Source: an uncultured Chloroflexia bacterium (lineage in GTDB: Bacteria; Chloroflexota; Limnocylindria; QHBO01). From it: a stretch of DNA of 64,000 nucleotides. Below, one piece after another: positions 29,422 through 39,662 of the stretch. Position numbers and translations under genes: made by a program. The stretch covers positions 4,725 to 68,724 of the forward strand of contig CAWGTN010000001.1 of NCBI GenBank assembly GCA_963825525.1. Direction: 5' to 3'. The notes beneath the pieces were generated by a model. The model was not told the DNA's origin. It saw only the letters and a list, made by a program, of their open reading frames with translations, and did not search any database. The first letter of the stretch is position 1, and the number at the start of each line of letters is the position of its first letter.

Positions 29422-30468
29422 ATGTCGACAGCCAGCCCCGAGCTCAGCGAGCATCGCCCGGCCGTGAGCGCGGCGGTCGAGCTCGTCGCTGCGGGTGCCG
29501 TGCTGCCCGCGCCACTGGCCGAGGCGGCCATGGAAGAGCTCATGGCGGGCTCGGCTCCGCCCACCCAGGTCGCCGCGCTGCTCGCGATGCTCCGCGTGCG
29601 CGGCGAGACGCCGGAAGAGCTGGCGGCATTTGCACGTGTCATGCGCAGCCGAGCGGTCCGCGTCGATGCGCCCGATGGATCGGTTGACCTCTGCGGCACC
29701 GGTGCCGACGGTGCGGGCACGTTCAACATCTCGACCCTTGCAGCCTTCGTCGTGGCCGGCGCGGGCGTCCCGGTCGCCAAGCACGGCAACCGTGCCGTCA
29801 CGAGCCGATGCGGGTCAGCGGACTTCGTGGAGGCGCTGGGCATCCCGCTCGACCCGGGACCCGAGGCCACCGGCCGCCGCATTCGCCAGACGGGGTTCGG
29901 TTTCATCTTTGCGCCGGCGTACCACCCGGCGATGAAGCATGCCGCACCGATCCGACGAGAGCTGCCGATCCGCACCGCGTTCAACCTGCTCGGGCCGATC
30001 ATCTCGCCGGCCGGGGTCCGCCGCCAGCTCCTTGGTGTCGCCGATGAACGCCTGCTGCCGCTCATGGCCGGTGCGTTGGCCCGACTCGACACCGACCGCG
30101 CGCTCGTCGTCCACTCCGGCGACGGCCTGGACGAGCTGTCGCTGGCCGGGCCGAATCGAGCCATGCTGGTCGAGGGGCGGATGGTCGGCGAGCTCTCCAT
30201 CGATCCGGAGGAGCTCGGCCTGGCTCGCGCGCCGCGCAGCGCCTTTGCCGGTGGCGATGCGCAGCTCAACAGCGCCATCGCGCTCAGCGTGCTCGGTGGC
30301 GAGCCGGGGGCCGCACGCGACGTCGTGGTGCTCAACGCCGGGGCCGCCCTGTTCGTGTCGGGCGCGGCGACCGACGTCGCCGAGGGGATTGCCATGGCAG
30401 CCGATGCCGTGGACTCGGGCGCCGCCGCCAACGTGGTCGAGGCATCGGCCCGTTTCGAGGACCACTGA
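29422..30468 (+). CDS. trpD: Anthranilate phosphoribosyltransferase
   Basis: The GTGADG.GTFNIST signature ([25 protein letters not shown]) and KHGNRAVTS are present. An AAGGA ribosome-binding site lies 9 nt upstream. Confidence 0.9.
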   Translation: MSTASPELSEHRPAVSAAVELVAAGAVLPAPLAEAAMEELMAGSAPPTQVAALLAMLRVRGETPEELAAFARVMRSRAVRVDAPDGSVDLCGTGADGAGTFNISTLAAFVVAGAGVPVAKHGNRAVTSRCGSADFVEALGIPLDPGPEATGRRIRQTGFGFIFAPAYHPAMKHAAPIRRELPIRTAFNLLGPIISPAGVRRQLLGVADERLLPLMAGALARLDTDRALVVHSGDGLDELSLAGPNRAMLVEGRMVGELSIDPEELGLARAPRSAFAGGDAQLNSAIALSVLGGEPGAARDVVVLNAGAALFVSGAATDVAEGIAMAADAVDSGAAANVVEASARFEDH

Positions 30469-30472
30469 GCCG

Positions 30473-33139
30473 ATGCCCTCGACGGTTCTGAATGACCTTC
30501 TCATCGCGGCACGGCGACGATCTCGGGCTGACGCGCGCGTCACCCCCCTTTCCGAGCTGCGCCGCGATATCGCCCGCCTGCCGGCTGCGCGACGATTCGA
30601 GGCAGCGCTGCGGTACGACGACCGCGTGGCGCTGGTCGCCGAGGCGAAGCGGGCCTCGCCGTCAAGCGGCGAGTTCGCGGTGGCCCGTGGATCGGCGGCG
30701 ATCGTGGAGCTCGCCCGGGGGTACGCGGCGGCCGGCGCCGCGGCGCTCTCGATCCTCACCGAGCCGACGCGGTTCGGTGGCAGCGACGACGACCTCGTGG
30801 CCGCCGCGCGCATCGGCCTGCCGGTGCTGCGCAAGGATTTCGTCGTCGATCGCTACGGCATCTGGCAGGCCCGCTGGCTCGGCGCGGACGCCGTGCTGCT
30901 CATCGTGCGGGCGCTTGGGCCGGACGAGCTCCGCTCGCTCATCGAGGAGGCCGGACGCGCCGGGGTCGACGCGCTGGTGGAGGTGCATGACGAGCGCGAG
31001 CTCGATACGGCGCTCGAGGCGGACGCGACGCTCATCGGCGTGAACGCGCGCAACCTCGAGACCCTGGCGGTGGACCTCGCCGCATCTCTGCCGCTGATCG
31101 CTCATGCGGCGGATGCGGGTGCGACGGTGGTGGCGGAGAGCGGGATGTCCTCGGCCGCGGACGTCGCCCAGGCCGGCGCCTGCGGGGCACATGCGGTGCT
31201 GATCGGGACCGCGCTGCTTCGTGAGCCGGACCCGGCGGCGGCCGCGGCAGGCATGGTGGCGGCGGCGCCGCAACGGAGACCGACGGCACGGCTGCCGTAT
31301 CCCTCGCGGCCGGCGGTCAAGGCCTGCGGGCTGCGGGACCGCGCGTCGGTGCAGGCGGCCATCGCGGCGGATGCCGATCTTGCCGGGTTCATCCTCGACC
31401 CCGCGTCCCCGCGCAGCGTCGACGTCGGGCGCGCGGCGGAGCTCATCGGCTCGATGCGCCGGCCGCGGCCCGTGCTCGTGTTCCGGGCTCCCACGCACCG
31501 GGAGGTCACGGACGCGGTTGAGGCGACGAAGGCGTCCGCCATTCAGCTCGCAGGGTTCGATGCACCGCCGGCGTGGCTCGGCGGGCTCGGCTCGACGGTC
31601 GACACCGTGATCGGCGTGCTCCACCAACCGGCCTCCGTGCGACAGGCCCTGCTGGCCGCCGAAGCATGGATCGCCGGCGGGGCGACCCACCTTCTGCTCG
31701 AGGGGGCCGCGCGCGGCGCCGGCGGGGGATCGGGCAGCGGCGCGCCGCGCGACATCGCGCGACGCCTCAACCGGATCGTGCCGGTCGGAATCGCGGGGGG
31801 CCTGACACCGGCCACTGTCGCCGGAGCGGTGCGGGACGCCCGCCCGGCCCTCGTCGACGCGGCGAGCGGACTGGAGCGCGATGGCACATCGGATCCCCGG
31901 CGCATCGGTGCCTTCGTGCGCAATGCTCGCCGGGAGGCCGCCGGCGGTGACCGGGTCGATGTCACGGGCCGCTTCGGCCGCTTCGGGGGGCGCTTCGTGC
32001 CGGAGACGCTCATTCCTCCGCTGGAAAACCTTGAGGCTGCCTGGTCGGCCGCCGGCAGAGACCGTGGCTACCGCGACGACCTCGAGCGCCTGTACCGCGA
32101 CTTCGTCGGCCGTCCGACGCCGATCTTTGCGATTCCTCCAGACGCCCTGCGGGGGCGGGGCGGGCGTGGGGCGACGCTGTGGCTCAAGCGAGAGGACCTC
32201 GCCCACACCGGCGCCCACAAGATCAACAACGCGGTGGGACAGACCCTGCTGGCCCAGCGCATGGGGAAGCCGCGCATCATCGCCGAGACCGGTGCCGGGC
32301 AGCATGGCGTTGCGACGGCCACCGCGTGCGCGCTGCTCGGCCTGAAGTGCGTCGTCTACATGGGCACCACCGACATCGAGCGCCAGGCGCCGAACGTACG
32401 ACGGATGGACCTGCTGGGCGCTGAGGTCCGGCCGGTGTCGACGGGCAACGGCACCCTGCGCGACGCTCTGAACGAGGCGCTGCGTGACTGGGTCGCCAAC
32501 GTGGAGGACACGTTCTACGTTCTCGGCTCGGCTGCCGGCCCGCATCCCTACCCGGAGATGGTGGCCACGCTGCAGTCGGTCATCGGTCGCGAGAGTCGCG
32601 CCCAGATGCTCGAGGCCATCGGTCGCATGCCGGACGCGGTGGTGGCGTGCGTCGGTGGCGGCAGCAACGCCATCGGGATCATGCGGCCGTTCATCGATAC
32701 CGCCACGCGGCTCATCGGGGTCGAGGCGGGAGGACGCGGTGACGGGCTGGGCGACAACGCGGCGTCGCTCGGCCTCGGAGCGCCGGGCGTGCTGCACGGT
32801 GCCTTCACCATGCTCACCCAGGACGCTGCCGGACAGGTGGTCGAGCCGCACTCGGTCAGCGCCGGACTCGACTATCCGGGCGTTGGGCCGCAGCTCGCCG
32901 CACTCGCCGAGTCCGGCCGCATGGAGGTGGCACGTGCCACGGACGCCGAGGCCCTCGCGGCCACGGGGTGGCTGGCTCGCACCTGCGGAATCATCCCGGC
33001 CCTCGAATCCGCGCACGCCCTGGCGGCGGCACTCCGCATGCTGCCGGAGCTCGACGGCGATGCCCACCTCCTCATCAACCTCTCCGGCCGGGGCGACAAG
33101 GACATGGGCATCCTGGACCACGAGCTTGCCACCACATGA
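30473..33139 (+). CDS. trpCFB: Apparent trifunctional fusion: indole-3-glycerol-phosphate synthase (TrpC), phosphoribosylanthranilate isomerase (TrpF) and tryptophan synthase beta (TrpB) in one uninterrupted frame
   Basis: The TrpC domain spans aa 1-270 ([37 protein letters not shown]). The TrpF domain begins at VKACGL and runs to [21 protein letters not shown]. TrpB begins at [15 protein letters not shown] and includes [13 protein letters not shown] and the PLP region. There is no stop between 30473 and 33139, and no in-frame start lies between the TrpF and TrpB segments. Confidence 0.8.
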   Translation: MPSTVLNDLLIAARRRSRADARVTPLSELRRDIARLPAARRFEAALRYDDRVALVAEAKRASPSSGEFAVARGSAAIVELARGYAAAGAAALSILTEPTRFGGSDDDLVAAARIGLPVLRKDFVVDRYGIWQARWLGADAVLLIVRALGPDELRSLIEEAGRAGVDALVEVHDERELDTALEADATLIGVNARNLETLAVDLAASLPLIAHAADAGATVVAESGMSSAADVAQAGACGAHAVLIGTALLREPDPAAAAAGMVAAAPQRRPTARLPYPSRPAVKACGLRDRASVQAAIAADADLAGFILDPASPRSVDVGRAAELIGSMRRPRPVLVFRAPTHREVTDAVEATKASAIQLAGFDAPPAWLGGLGSTVDTVIGVLHQPASVRQALLAAEAWIAGGATHLLLEGAARGAGGGSGSGAPRDIARRLNRIVPVGIAGGLTPATVAGAVRDARPALVDAASGLERDGTSDPRRIGAFVRNARREAAGGDRVDVTGRFGRFGGRFVPETLIPPLENLEAAWSAAGRDRGYRDDLERLYRDFVGRPTPIFAIPPDALRGRGGRGATLWLKREDLAHTGAHKINNAVGQTLLAQRMGKPRIIAETGAGQHGVATATACALLGLKCVVYMGTTDIERQAPNVRRMDLLGAEVRPVSTGNGTLRDALNEALRDWVANVEDTFYVLGSAAGPHPYPEMVATLQSVIGRESRAQMLEAIGRMPDAVVACVGGGSNAIGIMRPFIDTATRLIGVEAGGRGDGLGDNAASLGLGAPGVLHGAFTMLTQDAAGQVVEPHSVSAGLDYPGVGPQLAALAESGRMEVARATDAEALAATGWLARTCGIIPALESAHALAAALRMLPELDGDAHLLINLSGRGDKDMGILDHELATT

Positions 33140-33957
33140 CCGGCGCCGGCCGCATTCGCGATGCGTTCGATGCCGCAGCCGCCGATGGGCGGACGGCGCT
33201 CGTCGCCTACCTGCTGTCGGGCTTTCCCAGCGAGGCCGATGCGGTCGCGGCCGCCGAGGCAGCGCTCGATGCGGGCGCCGACATCATTGAAGTCGGCGTC
33301 CCGTTCAGCGACCCACTGGCCGATGGGCCGACCATCGCGGACGCCGGCCGCGTCTCGCTTGCGGCCGGTGGAGGCCTTCCGTCGGCACGGCGGCTGGTCG
33401 CCGCCCTGCGCGACCGAGGCCATCGGCAGCCGATCATGGTGATGACGTATCTCAACCCGCTGCTGGCCGCCGGAGAGCACGAGACCCTCGACGGCCTGCG
33501 CGAAGCCGGGGCTGACGGGCTCATCGTTCCGGACCTGCCCGCCGGCGCAATGCCGCGGATGGAGCGATTGGCAGCCGACCTGGGCCTCGCGATGTCGTTC
33601 CTCGTGGCGCCGAACACCTCGGAACGGCGGATCGAGGCGGCGATCGCGGCGTCGACCGGCTTCGTGTACGTCGTGCCGTTGCTCGGCGTGACCGGTGCGC
33701 GTGACACGGTCGCGGCGGGTGCTTCGGAGCTCATCGGGACCGTTCGCCGGCAGGCGGACGGACGCGTCCCGGTGGCCGCCGGCTTCGGCCTGAGCACGGC
33801 GGCCCAGGTCGCGGACCTTGCACCGGTCGCCGACGGACTCATCATCGGCTCGGCACTGGTTGCCGCCCTGCGGGACGGTGGCCCGGCGCGAATGGGGGAC
33901 CTGGTGCGGGAGCTTGCCGCCGCCACGTCACCCGGACCGGGTCCTGTGCGATCCTGA
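33136..33957 (+). CDS. trpA: Tryptophan synthase alpha subunit
   Basis: Its ATGA overlaps the trpB stop. TrpA motifs present: [15 protein letters not shown] and the [10 protein letters not shown] phosphate loop. Confidence 0.9.
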   Translation: MTGAGRIRDAFDAAAADGRTALVAYLLSGFPSEADAVAAAEAALDAGADIIEVGVPFSDPLADGPTIADAGRVSLAAGGGLPSARRLVAALRDRGHRQPIMVMTYLNPLLAAGEHETLDGLREAGADGLIVPDLPAGAMPRMERLAADLGLAMSFLVAPNTSERRIEAAIAASTGFVYVVPLLGVTGARDTVAAGASELIGTVRRQADGRVPVAAGFGLSTAAQVADLAPVADGLIIGSALVAALRDGGPARMGDLVRELAAATSPGPGPVRS

Positions 33958-33961
33958 GCCC

Positions 33962-34714
33962 ATGTGCTTCGACCATGACGCTCGACCACCACTCCCACCG
34001 ATCCGCGGCTCGGCACTCGATGCCCGCGAGCTGACCCTCCACAGCCGGGACGGAACGGCCGTGAGCGCCTACGCCGCGCTCGCCGAGCCGTCTGCCGATC
34101 TCGGAATAGTCATCGTGCCGGACGTGCGCGGGCTGCACCCGTACTACGAGGAGCTGGCCCTTCGCTTTGCCGAGGCCGGGATCCACGCGATCGCCATCGA
34201 CCTCTACGCGCGCACGGCCGGCGACGTCCCGCGCGGCCCGGAGTTCGTCCACGAGCCGCATGTCACGCGGCTGGATCCGGCGCAGGTCAACGATGACGTC
34301 GCGGCGGCGTCCGCCTGGCTCGGCGGTCACGCCACCTCGATCTTCAGCATCGGCTTCTGCCTTGGTGGCCGGATCAGCCTGGTCCAGGCCAGCACCGGCC
34401 TGGGGCTGACGGGCGTCATCGGCCTGTATCCGTGGCCGGTCGGACCGCACCGCTCGGGAATTCCGGCGCCGGCCGACCTTGCGCCGGAGTTCGCGTGCCC
34501 GGTGCTGGCCATCTACGGTGGGGCGGACACGGCCATCCCGCAGGAACAGCGAGCCGCATTCGACGAGGCGCTCGACCGCGCGGGCGTGACCCATCGAAGC
34601 GTGACGTACGAAGGTGCGCCGCACTCGTTCTTCGACCGCCGCGCGGAGGAGCACGCCGATGCCAACGCCGCCGCCTGGGGCGAGATCCTCCAGTTCGTGG
34701 GAGCCGGCAGCTAG
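33962..34714 (+). CDS. Dienelactone-hydrolase-family alpha/beta hydrolase
   Basis: DLH-fold nucleophile motif GFCLGG, plus a C-terminal histidine region (YEGAPHSF). Confidence 0.75.
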   Translation: MCFDHDARPPLPPIRGSALDARELTLHSRDGTAVSAYAALAEPSADLGIVIVPDVRGLHPYYEELALRFAEAGIHAIAIDLYARTAGDVPRGPEFVHEPHVTRLDPAQVNDDVAAASAWLGGHATSIFSIGFCLGGRISLVQASTGLGLTGVIGLYPWPVGPHRSGIPAPADLAPEFACPVLAIYGGADTAIPQEQRAAFDEALDRAGVTHRSVTYEGAPHSFFDRRAEEHADANAAAWGEILQFVGAGS

Positions 34715-35595
34715 GCGCCGACCGGCGTGCGCTCCTGTGACGAGGGCCGTGCCTCGGCGGGGCGAATCGGCCGCAGGTAGAGCGCCAGCACGGCCACGAC
34801 GTAGACGAGCCAGCTGATGAAGGTGACCCACTCCGGCGTGCTCGTGTACCCGACCAGGGCACGCAGGATGGAGCCGATGACGCCCAGGGCGCCGGCATCG
34901 GGCTCATGCGGCAGGACGGCGCTGATGTCGAACGCCTGCGATGTCCCGACCGTGATCCAGCCGACCTCGACGAACTCGTGGACGGCGTGCGAGAGGAGCC
35001 CCGCGGCGATGAAGATCAGGGCGATCCCCGTCCAGCTGAAGAACGTGCGCAGGTTGATGACGCGCGCCCCGCGATACAGCCCGTAGCCGATCGCGACGGC
35101 GATCAGGAGGCCGATGATCGCTCCGACCAGCGTGCTGCTCGCCTCCGAGCCCGCCGCGGTCGCCTGGCCCATGAGGAAGAGCGACGTCTCGATGCCTTCG
35201 CGGATGACCGCGGTGAAGGCCAGGATGCCGAGTCCGAATACGCCGCCCTCCATCAGCGCGCGATCCACCCCGGCCTGGAGCTGGCCCTTGATGTTCGCGG
35301 ATGTTCGACGCATCCAGAACAGCATCCAGGTCACGACCGCCGCCGCGGTGAGCATGGCGAAGCCCTCGAAGATCTGCTCCGCCGGCGCTTCGAATCCGCC
35401 CACCGTGTTGAAGAGCAGGAGGCCGACGGCCACGCTCAGGACGATGGCGGCTCCTGCGCCCAGCCAGATCTTTCCGAAATGCCGTTGGTTTCCGGTCTTG
35501 GCGAGGTACGCCAGGATGATGCTGACGATGAGCGCCGCCTCGACGCCCTCACGGAGCCCGGTCAGCAGTCCGGTCGTCAAGAATCCGAAGTCCAA
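34711..35595 (-). CDS. FTR1/EfeU-family high-affinity iron permease
   Basis: Seven transmembrane segments with REGVE and REGIE (RExxE) motifs. Confidence 0.75.
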   Translation of the reverse strand: MDFGFLTTGLLTGLREGVEAALIVSIILAYLAKTGNQRHFGKIWLGAGAAIVLSVAVGLLLFNTVGGFEAPAEQIFEGFAMLTAAAVVTWMLFWMRRTSANIKGQLQAGVDRALMEGGVFGLGILAFTAVIREGIETSLFLMGQATAAGSEASSTLVGAIIGLLIAVAIGYGLYRGARVINLRTFFSWTGIALIFIAAGLLSHAVHEFVEVGWITVGTSQAFDISAVLPHEPDAGALGVIGSILRALVGYTSTPEWVTFISWLVYVVAVLALYLRPIRPAEARPSSQERTPVGA

Positions 35596-35750
35596 GGTCG
35601 TTTCCTCTCAGCGTGGGTGGTGAACGCGAGTAAGGCTACCCTTACGTCATTCGTTCGTCAATCCGAATCACTGACGAACGGGTCGGGATTCGACGCGGCA
35701 TGCGTCCGACTAGAATCAGGGCTCCCGACACCGACCTCCACGGAGACCAC

Positions 35751-36947
35751 ATGATCGATTTCTCACTGACCGATGCCCAGCGCGAAGTGCAGCGCACCGC
35801 GCGCGCCTTTGCCGAGCGGGAGATCCTCCCGCGCATCGGCGAGATGGATGCCACCGCGACGTATGACCGCTCCCTCTACGAGAAGATGGGATCGGAGGGC
35901 CTGCTGGGCCTGCCGATTCCGGAGCAGTACGGCGGGGCCGGCATGGACTACATCGCCTTCGCGCTGCTGTGCGAGGAGATGGAGCGTGCCGATACGGCCT
36001 TCCGCGTGATCCTCAGCGTGCACACCGGGCTGAACTCGCTGACCCTGCTCCAGTGGGGGAGCGAGGAGCAGAAGCAGCAGTACCTCGTCCCGCAGGCGCG
36101 CGGCGAGAAGATCGCCACCTTCGGGCTGACCGAGCCGGGCGTCGGATCGGACGCCGGCAATCTCGCCACCACCGCGCGCCGCGACGGTGATCGCTACATC
36201 CTCAACGGCAGCAAGATCTGGATCAGCCTGGCCGACACTGCGGACCACTTCCTGGTCTTCGCCAACGTCGATCGCAGCAAGGGCCACAAGGGCATCACCG
36301 CCTTCATCGTGGAGCGCTCGTTCCCCGGCTTCAGCTCCGAGTCGCTGCACGGCAAGCTCGGGGTCCGGGCCGGCAACACCGGGATCCTGACCTTCAGCGA
36401 CTGCGAGGTGCCGGCCGCCAACCGGGTCGGCGAGGAGGGCGAGGGCTTCACCATCGCCATGAGCGCCATCGACCAGGGCCGCTACACCGTGGCCGCCGGC
36501 TCGGTCGGGCTGGCGCAGGCGTGCCTCGACGCATCGGTCAAGTACGCGCACGAGCGCCAGGCGTTCGGCTCCGAGATCGGGCAGCACCAGCTGGTGAAGC
36601 AGATGATCTCGAAGATGTACGCCGGCATCGAGTCCGGACGCCTCCTCGTCTTCAAGGCCGGCTGGAAGAAGAACGCCGGAGAGCGCAACACGCGCGAGAC
36701 CGGCCTGGCGAAGTGGTACTGCACCGACCACGCGGTTGCGTCGGCGCTGGACGCGATCCAGATCCACGGCGCCTACGGCTACAGCAACGAGTATCCGGTC
36801 GAGCGCTACCTGCGCAACAGCAAGGGCTCGGTGATCTACGAGGGAACGTCGCAGATCCACACCCTGATGCAGGCCGATTACCTGCTCGGCTATCGCAAGG
36901 ACAAGGCCCTGCGCATGCCGCAGCCCGCGTTCGAAGGCGAGATGTAG
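35751..36947 (+). CDS. Acyl-CoA dehydrogenase
   Basis: ACAD N, middle and C-terminal domains, including GLTEPGVGSDAGNL, IHGAYGYSNEYPVERYLRNSK and the catalytic-region YEGTSQI. Confidence 0.9.
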   Translation: MIDFSLTDAQREVQRTARAFAEREILPRIGEMDATATYDRSLYEKMGSEGLLGLPIPEQYGGAGMDYIAFALLCEEMERADTAFRVILSVHTGLNSLTLLQWGSEEQKQQYLVPQARGEKIATFGLTEPGVGSDAGNLATTARRDGDRYILNGSKIWISLADTADHFLVFANVDRSKGHKGITAFIVERSFPGFSSESLHGKLGVRAGNTGILTFSDCEVPAANRVGEEGEGFTIAMSAIDQGRYTVAAGSVGLAQACLDASVKYAHERQAFGSEIGQHQLVKQMISKMYAGIESGRLLVFKAGWKKNAGERNTRETGLAKWYCTDHAVASALDAIQIHGAYGYSNEYPVERYLRNSKGSVIYEGTSQIHTLMQADYLLGYRKDKALRMPQPAFEGEM

Positions 36948-36952
36948 ATCCG

Positions 36953-37501
36953 GTGAGCCGCACGATCGAGCTGATCGCCGGCCTGCTGCTGGTGGCCGTT
37001 GCCATCCTGCTGCTGGCCAGCGAGCCGTTGATCGACTTCGTTCGGGGACTCGGGGTGAGCGACGACGTGCTGCGCTGGTGGCCGGTGCTGCTCATCGGCA
37101 TGTCGCTCTTCTTCCTGGTGCCCGGCTTCCTCGGCGGTCCGACGCGACGCCTGCGCGCCGGGATGGTCATTCCGGGAGCCATCCTGGCCGGCGTGGGCGG
37201 GGCGCTGCTCTACACCAGTCTCACCGACCGTTGGGGCGCATGGGCATACCTGTGGAGCGTCTTCCCGTTCAGCTTCGGCCTCGGGATGTACGCGGCCGGC
37301 TGGATCGCCGACGCGCCGGCCTTCAAGTGGATCGGCGCCGGGATCGCCGTCGGCGGCGTGGTGGCCTACCTCGTCTTCGCGACAGCCTTCGGAGGCGAGG
37401 CGTTCCGACTGGTCGCCGCCATCGGCATCCTGGCGTTGGGCCTCGCCCTGACGGTCGGCGGCCTCGCCGAGCGGCTCAGCCGGAAGTCGCCCACGTCCTA
37501 A
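36953..37501 (+). CDS. Small integral membrane protein (GTG start)
   Basis: Five hydrophobic helices. It follows the ACAD gene with a 5-nt gap. Confidence 0.5.
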   Translation: MSRTIELIAGLLLVAVAILLLASEPLIDFVRGLGVSDDVLRWWPVLLIGMSLFFLVPGFLGGPTRRLRAGMVIPGAILAGVGGALLYTSLTDRWGAWAYLWSVFPFSFGLGMYAAGWIADAPAFKWIGAGIAVGGVVAYLVFATAFGGEAFRLVAAIGILALGLALTVGGLAERLSRKSPTS

Positions 37502-39495
37502 CCGCTCGGCCTTCCTCGGCGCACGTGCTCGTCGAACCACGCCAGCAGCCGCTCCATGCGGTCGATGCGGCGATCCGGGCGGCCGGAGGTTCGCATGCCG
37601 TGGTGCTCCTCGGGATAGAGGATGAGCTCCACCTCGCGGCCGAGGACCTTGAGCGCGGTGAAGAATTGCTCGTTGTCCGACGCGGGACAGATCCGATCCT
37701 CTTCGGCCTGCAGCATGAGCAGCGGCGTCCGGACGCGGGCGGCGTTCCGAAGGGGCGACGACTGCCACAGCGCTCGCATGCCCTTGTCGGTCAGCGGATC
37801 CCCGAGGCCGGCCCGACGGTTGTAGTAGACGCCGAAGAACGAGTTCGCCCAGGTGCTGACCTGATTGGCGACGCCGTTCTCGGATGACGCGGCGGCAAAG
37901 CGATCCGTCACCCCGATCAGCCACTGGGTCAGGAACCCGCCGTACGACAACCCCATGACCGCCAGGCGGTCGGGGTCGGCGAGTCCTCGCGCCACGAGCG
38001 CGTCGACGGCCGCCATCGCATCCTCGGCATCGGCATCACCCCAGCTGGCCGAGAGCCCCCTGACCCACTCCGACCCGAACGTGGCCGAGCCGCGAATGTT
38101 CGGCATGAGGACCCGGTAGCCGGCGGCGCACAGGGCCAGGCCATCCATCGTGCCACCTGGCCCCCACGCGCCAGTCGGTCCGCCGTGGACGTGGAGGACG
38201 GTCGGCAGGCGGCGGCGGCCGGCGCCGGCGGGCGAGGCCAGCCAGGCGTGAATCGGCCCGGCCGGGCCATCGAGCTCGAGCTCGGTGAGCTCGACCGCCG
38301 GGAAGCGGCGCAGCCATCCGGATCCCTCGCGCGTCACCTGGCGCAGCCGCCCGGACTCGACAGCGTGGACGTCGGCCGCGCCACCGTCGACGGCGGCAGA
38401 GACGACGATCCGGCCGCGTGCAGCGGCGATCCCGGAGGCGGCAAGCGGCAATGTCGGGTCCACCAGCGGCTCCGTCAGCGCGTCCAGGGTGACGCGGAAC
38501 GGGACGTTCCGTCCGCGCATGCCGATCATGACCGCCAGCGTCGCGTCGTCCAGCCAGACCGGCGCGAGGCTGCCCTCGGTCATCTGCAGGTCGCACCACG
38601 CCCACTCGCCGAGGGGACGATCGAGCTCGGCCGTCAACGAACGCGGTCGCCCGCTCGGAAGCTCCACGACCCACAGCTGGGGCGGGACGTCGTCCGGTGG
38701 GTCGTCGACGTCCGTGCCGATGAACGCCAGGTGCCGCCCATCGGGGGAGTAGCTCGGGTAGTCGGCATCGCCGGCCAGGCTGACGAGCTCGCGGATGCGC
38801 GGACGACGCGCCTCGGTCCCGACGCTCCACACCTGAATGCGCGGGGCGATCGTGGTGTCGGCGCCGCGATCGGCGCTGAACGCGATCCGTTCACCGTCCG
38901 GTGCCCAGGTCGGATTGAGGACGTCGAAGTCACCGCTCGTGAGCTGCCGCGGTCGGGCACCGTCCCGGGTGGCGACCACCCACAGGTGCGCGCGTCGCGC
39001 CACGTGACCCGAATCGTCGTCACGAAAGTCCAGCCGGGTGAGGCGCCTCGCGATCGGCGTTCGGCCCTTCGGATCGTCGCCGATCACGAACCGCTGATCG
39101 CCAGCCGGGGCCACCAGGGCCAGCCGCCCTCCATCGGGGCTCCAGCGAGCCGCCGACGCTCCGTGCTTCAGCGATGTCAGCTGCCACGGCTCGCCACCGT
39201 CGAGTGGAAGGATCCATAGCTGTCCGGTGCCCGTCGCCCCGCCGGTGATCGGCGACCGCACGAACGCGATGAGGGTCCCGTCCGGCGAGATCTGCGGTGC
39301 GGTGTCGCGGACCGAGCCGCGGGTGAGCTGGCGCGACCGGCCTCCACGATACGGCCTCACCCAGAGGTGCGACTCGTACGAGCCACCGCGCACGCGCCGT
39401 AATACGTACACGATGGATTCGCCGTCCGGCGAGATCTCGAATGCCTCGAGGGCGATCTGGGCGCGAACGAGCGCGCTCGGCGTTGCTTTCGTCAT
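37498..39495 (-). CDS. S9-family serine peptidase (prolyl oligopeptidase / acylaminoacyl-peptidase type) with an N-terminal beta-propeller
   Basis: Propeller repeats (ISPDG, WSPDG, WAPDG, YSPDG) followed by an alpha/beta hydrolase domain with GLSYGG and an HGxxD-type region (HGGPTGAW...EEHHG). Confidence 0.85.
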   Translation of the reverse strand: MTKATPSALVRAQIALEAFEISPDGESIVYVLRRVRGGSYESHLWVRPYRGGRSRQLTRGSVRDTAPQISPDGTLIAFVRSPITGGATGTGQLWILPLDGGEPWQLTSLKHGASAARWSPDGGRLALVAPAGDQRFVIGDDPKGRTPIARRLTRLDFRDDDSGHVARRAHLWVVATRDGARPRQLTSGDFDVLNPTWAPDGERIAFSADRGADTTIAPRIQVWSVGTEARRPRIRELVSLAGDADYPSYSPDGRHLAFIGTDVDDPPDDVPPQLWVVELPSGRPRSLTAELDRPLGEWAWCDLQMTEGSLAPVWLDDATLAVMIGMRGRNVPFRVTLDALTEPLVDPTLPLAASGIAAARGRIVVSAAVDGGAADVHAVESGRLRQVTREGSGWLRRFPAVELTELELDGPAGPIHAWLASPAGAGRRRLPTVLHVHGGPTGAWGPGGTMDGLALCAAGYRVLMPNIRGSATFGSEWVRGLSASWGDADAEDAMAAVDALVARGLADPDRLAVMGLSYGGFLTQWLIGVTDRFAAASSENGVANQVSTWANSFFGVYYNRRAGLGDPLTDKGMRALWQSSPLRNAARVRTPLLMLQAEEDRICPASDNEQFFTALKVLGREVELILYPEEHHGMRTSGRPDRRIDRMERLLAWFDEHVRRGRPSG

Positions 39496-39662
39496 GGTTG
39501 CCGAGTATGCCGAGCGCAGGATCGGGCGGTGATGCGGATTCCGCAGGAATGCCGGAAACGTTGACCGGATTCCGTGGGGTATGCCATCCTCGGCCGAACC
39601 AAAGCGGCTGTCCCGCCCCGGGCATCCAACTGCCGCTGTAGCGACTGGAGGTAGGTGGGACA

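Noticed and set aside
30662-33121. A minus-strand ORF of 819 aa.
   Set aside because: It is antisense to the trpCFB frame and has a junk-like Arg/Gly/Pro composition.
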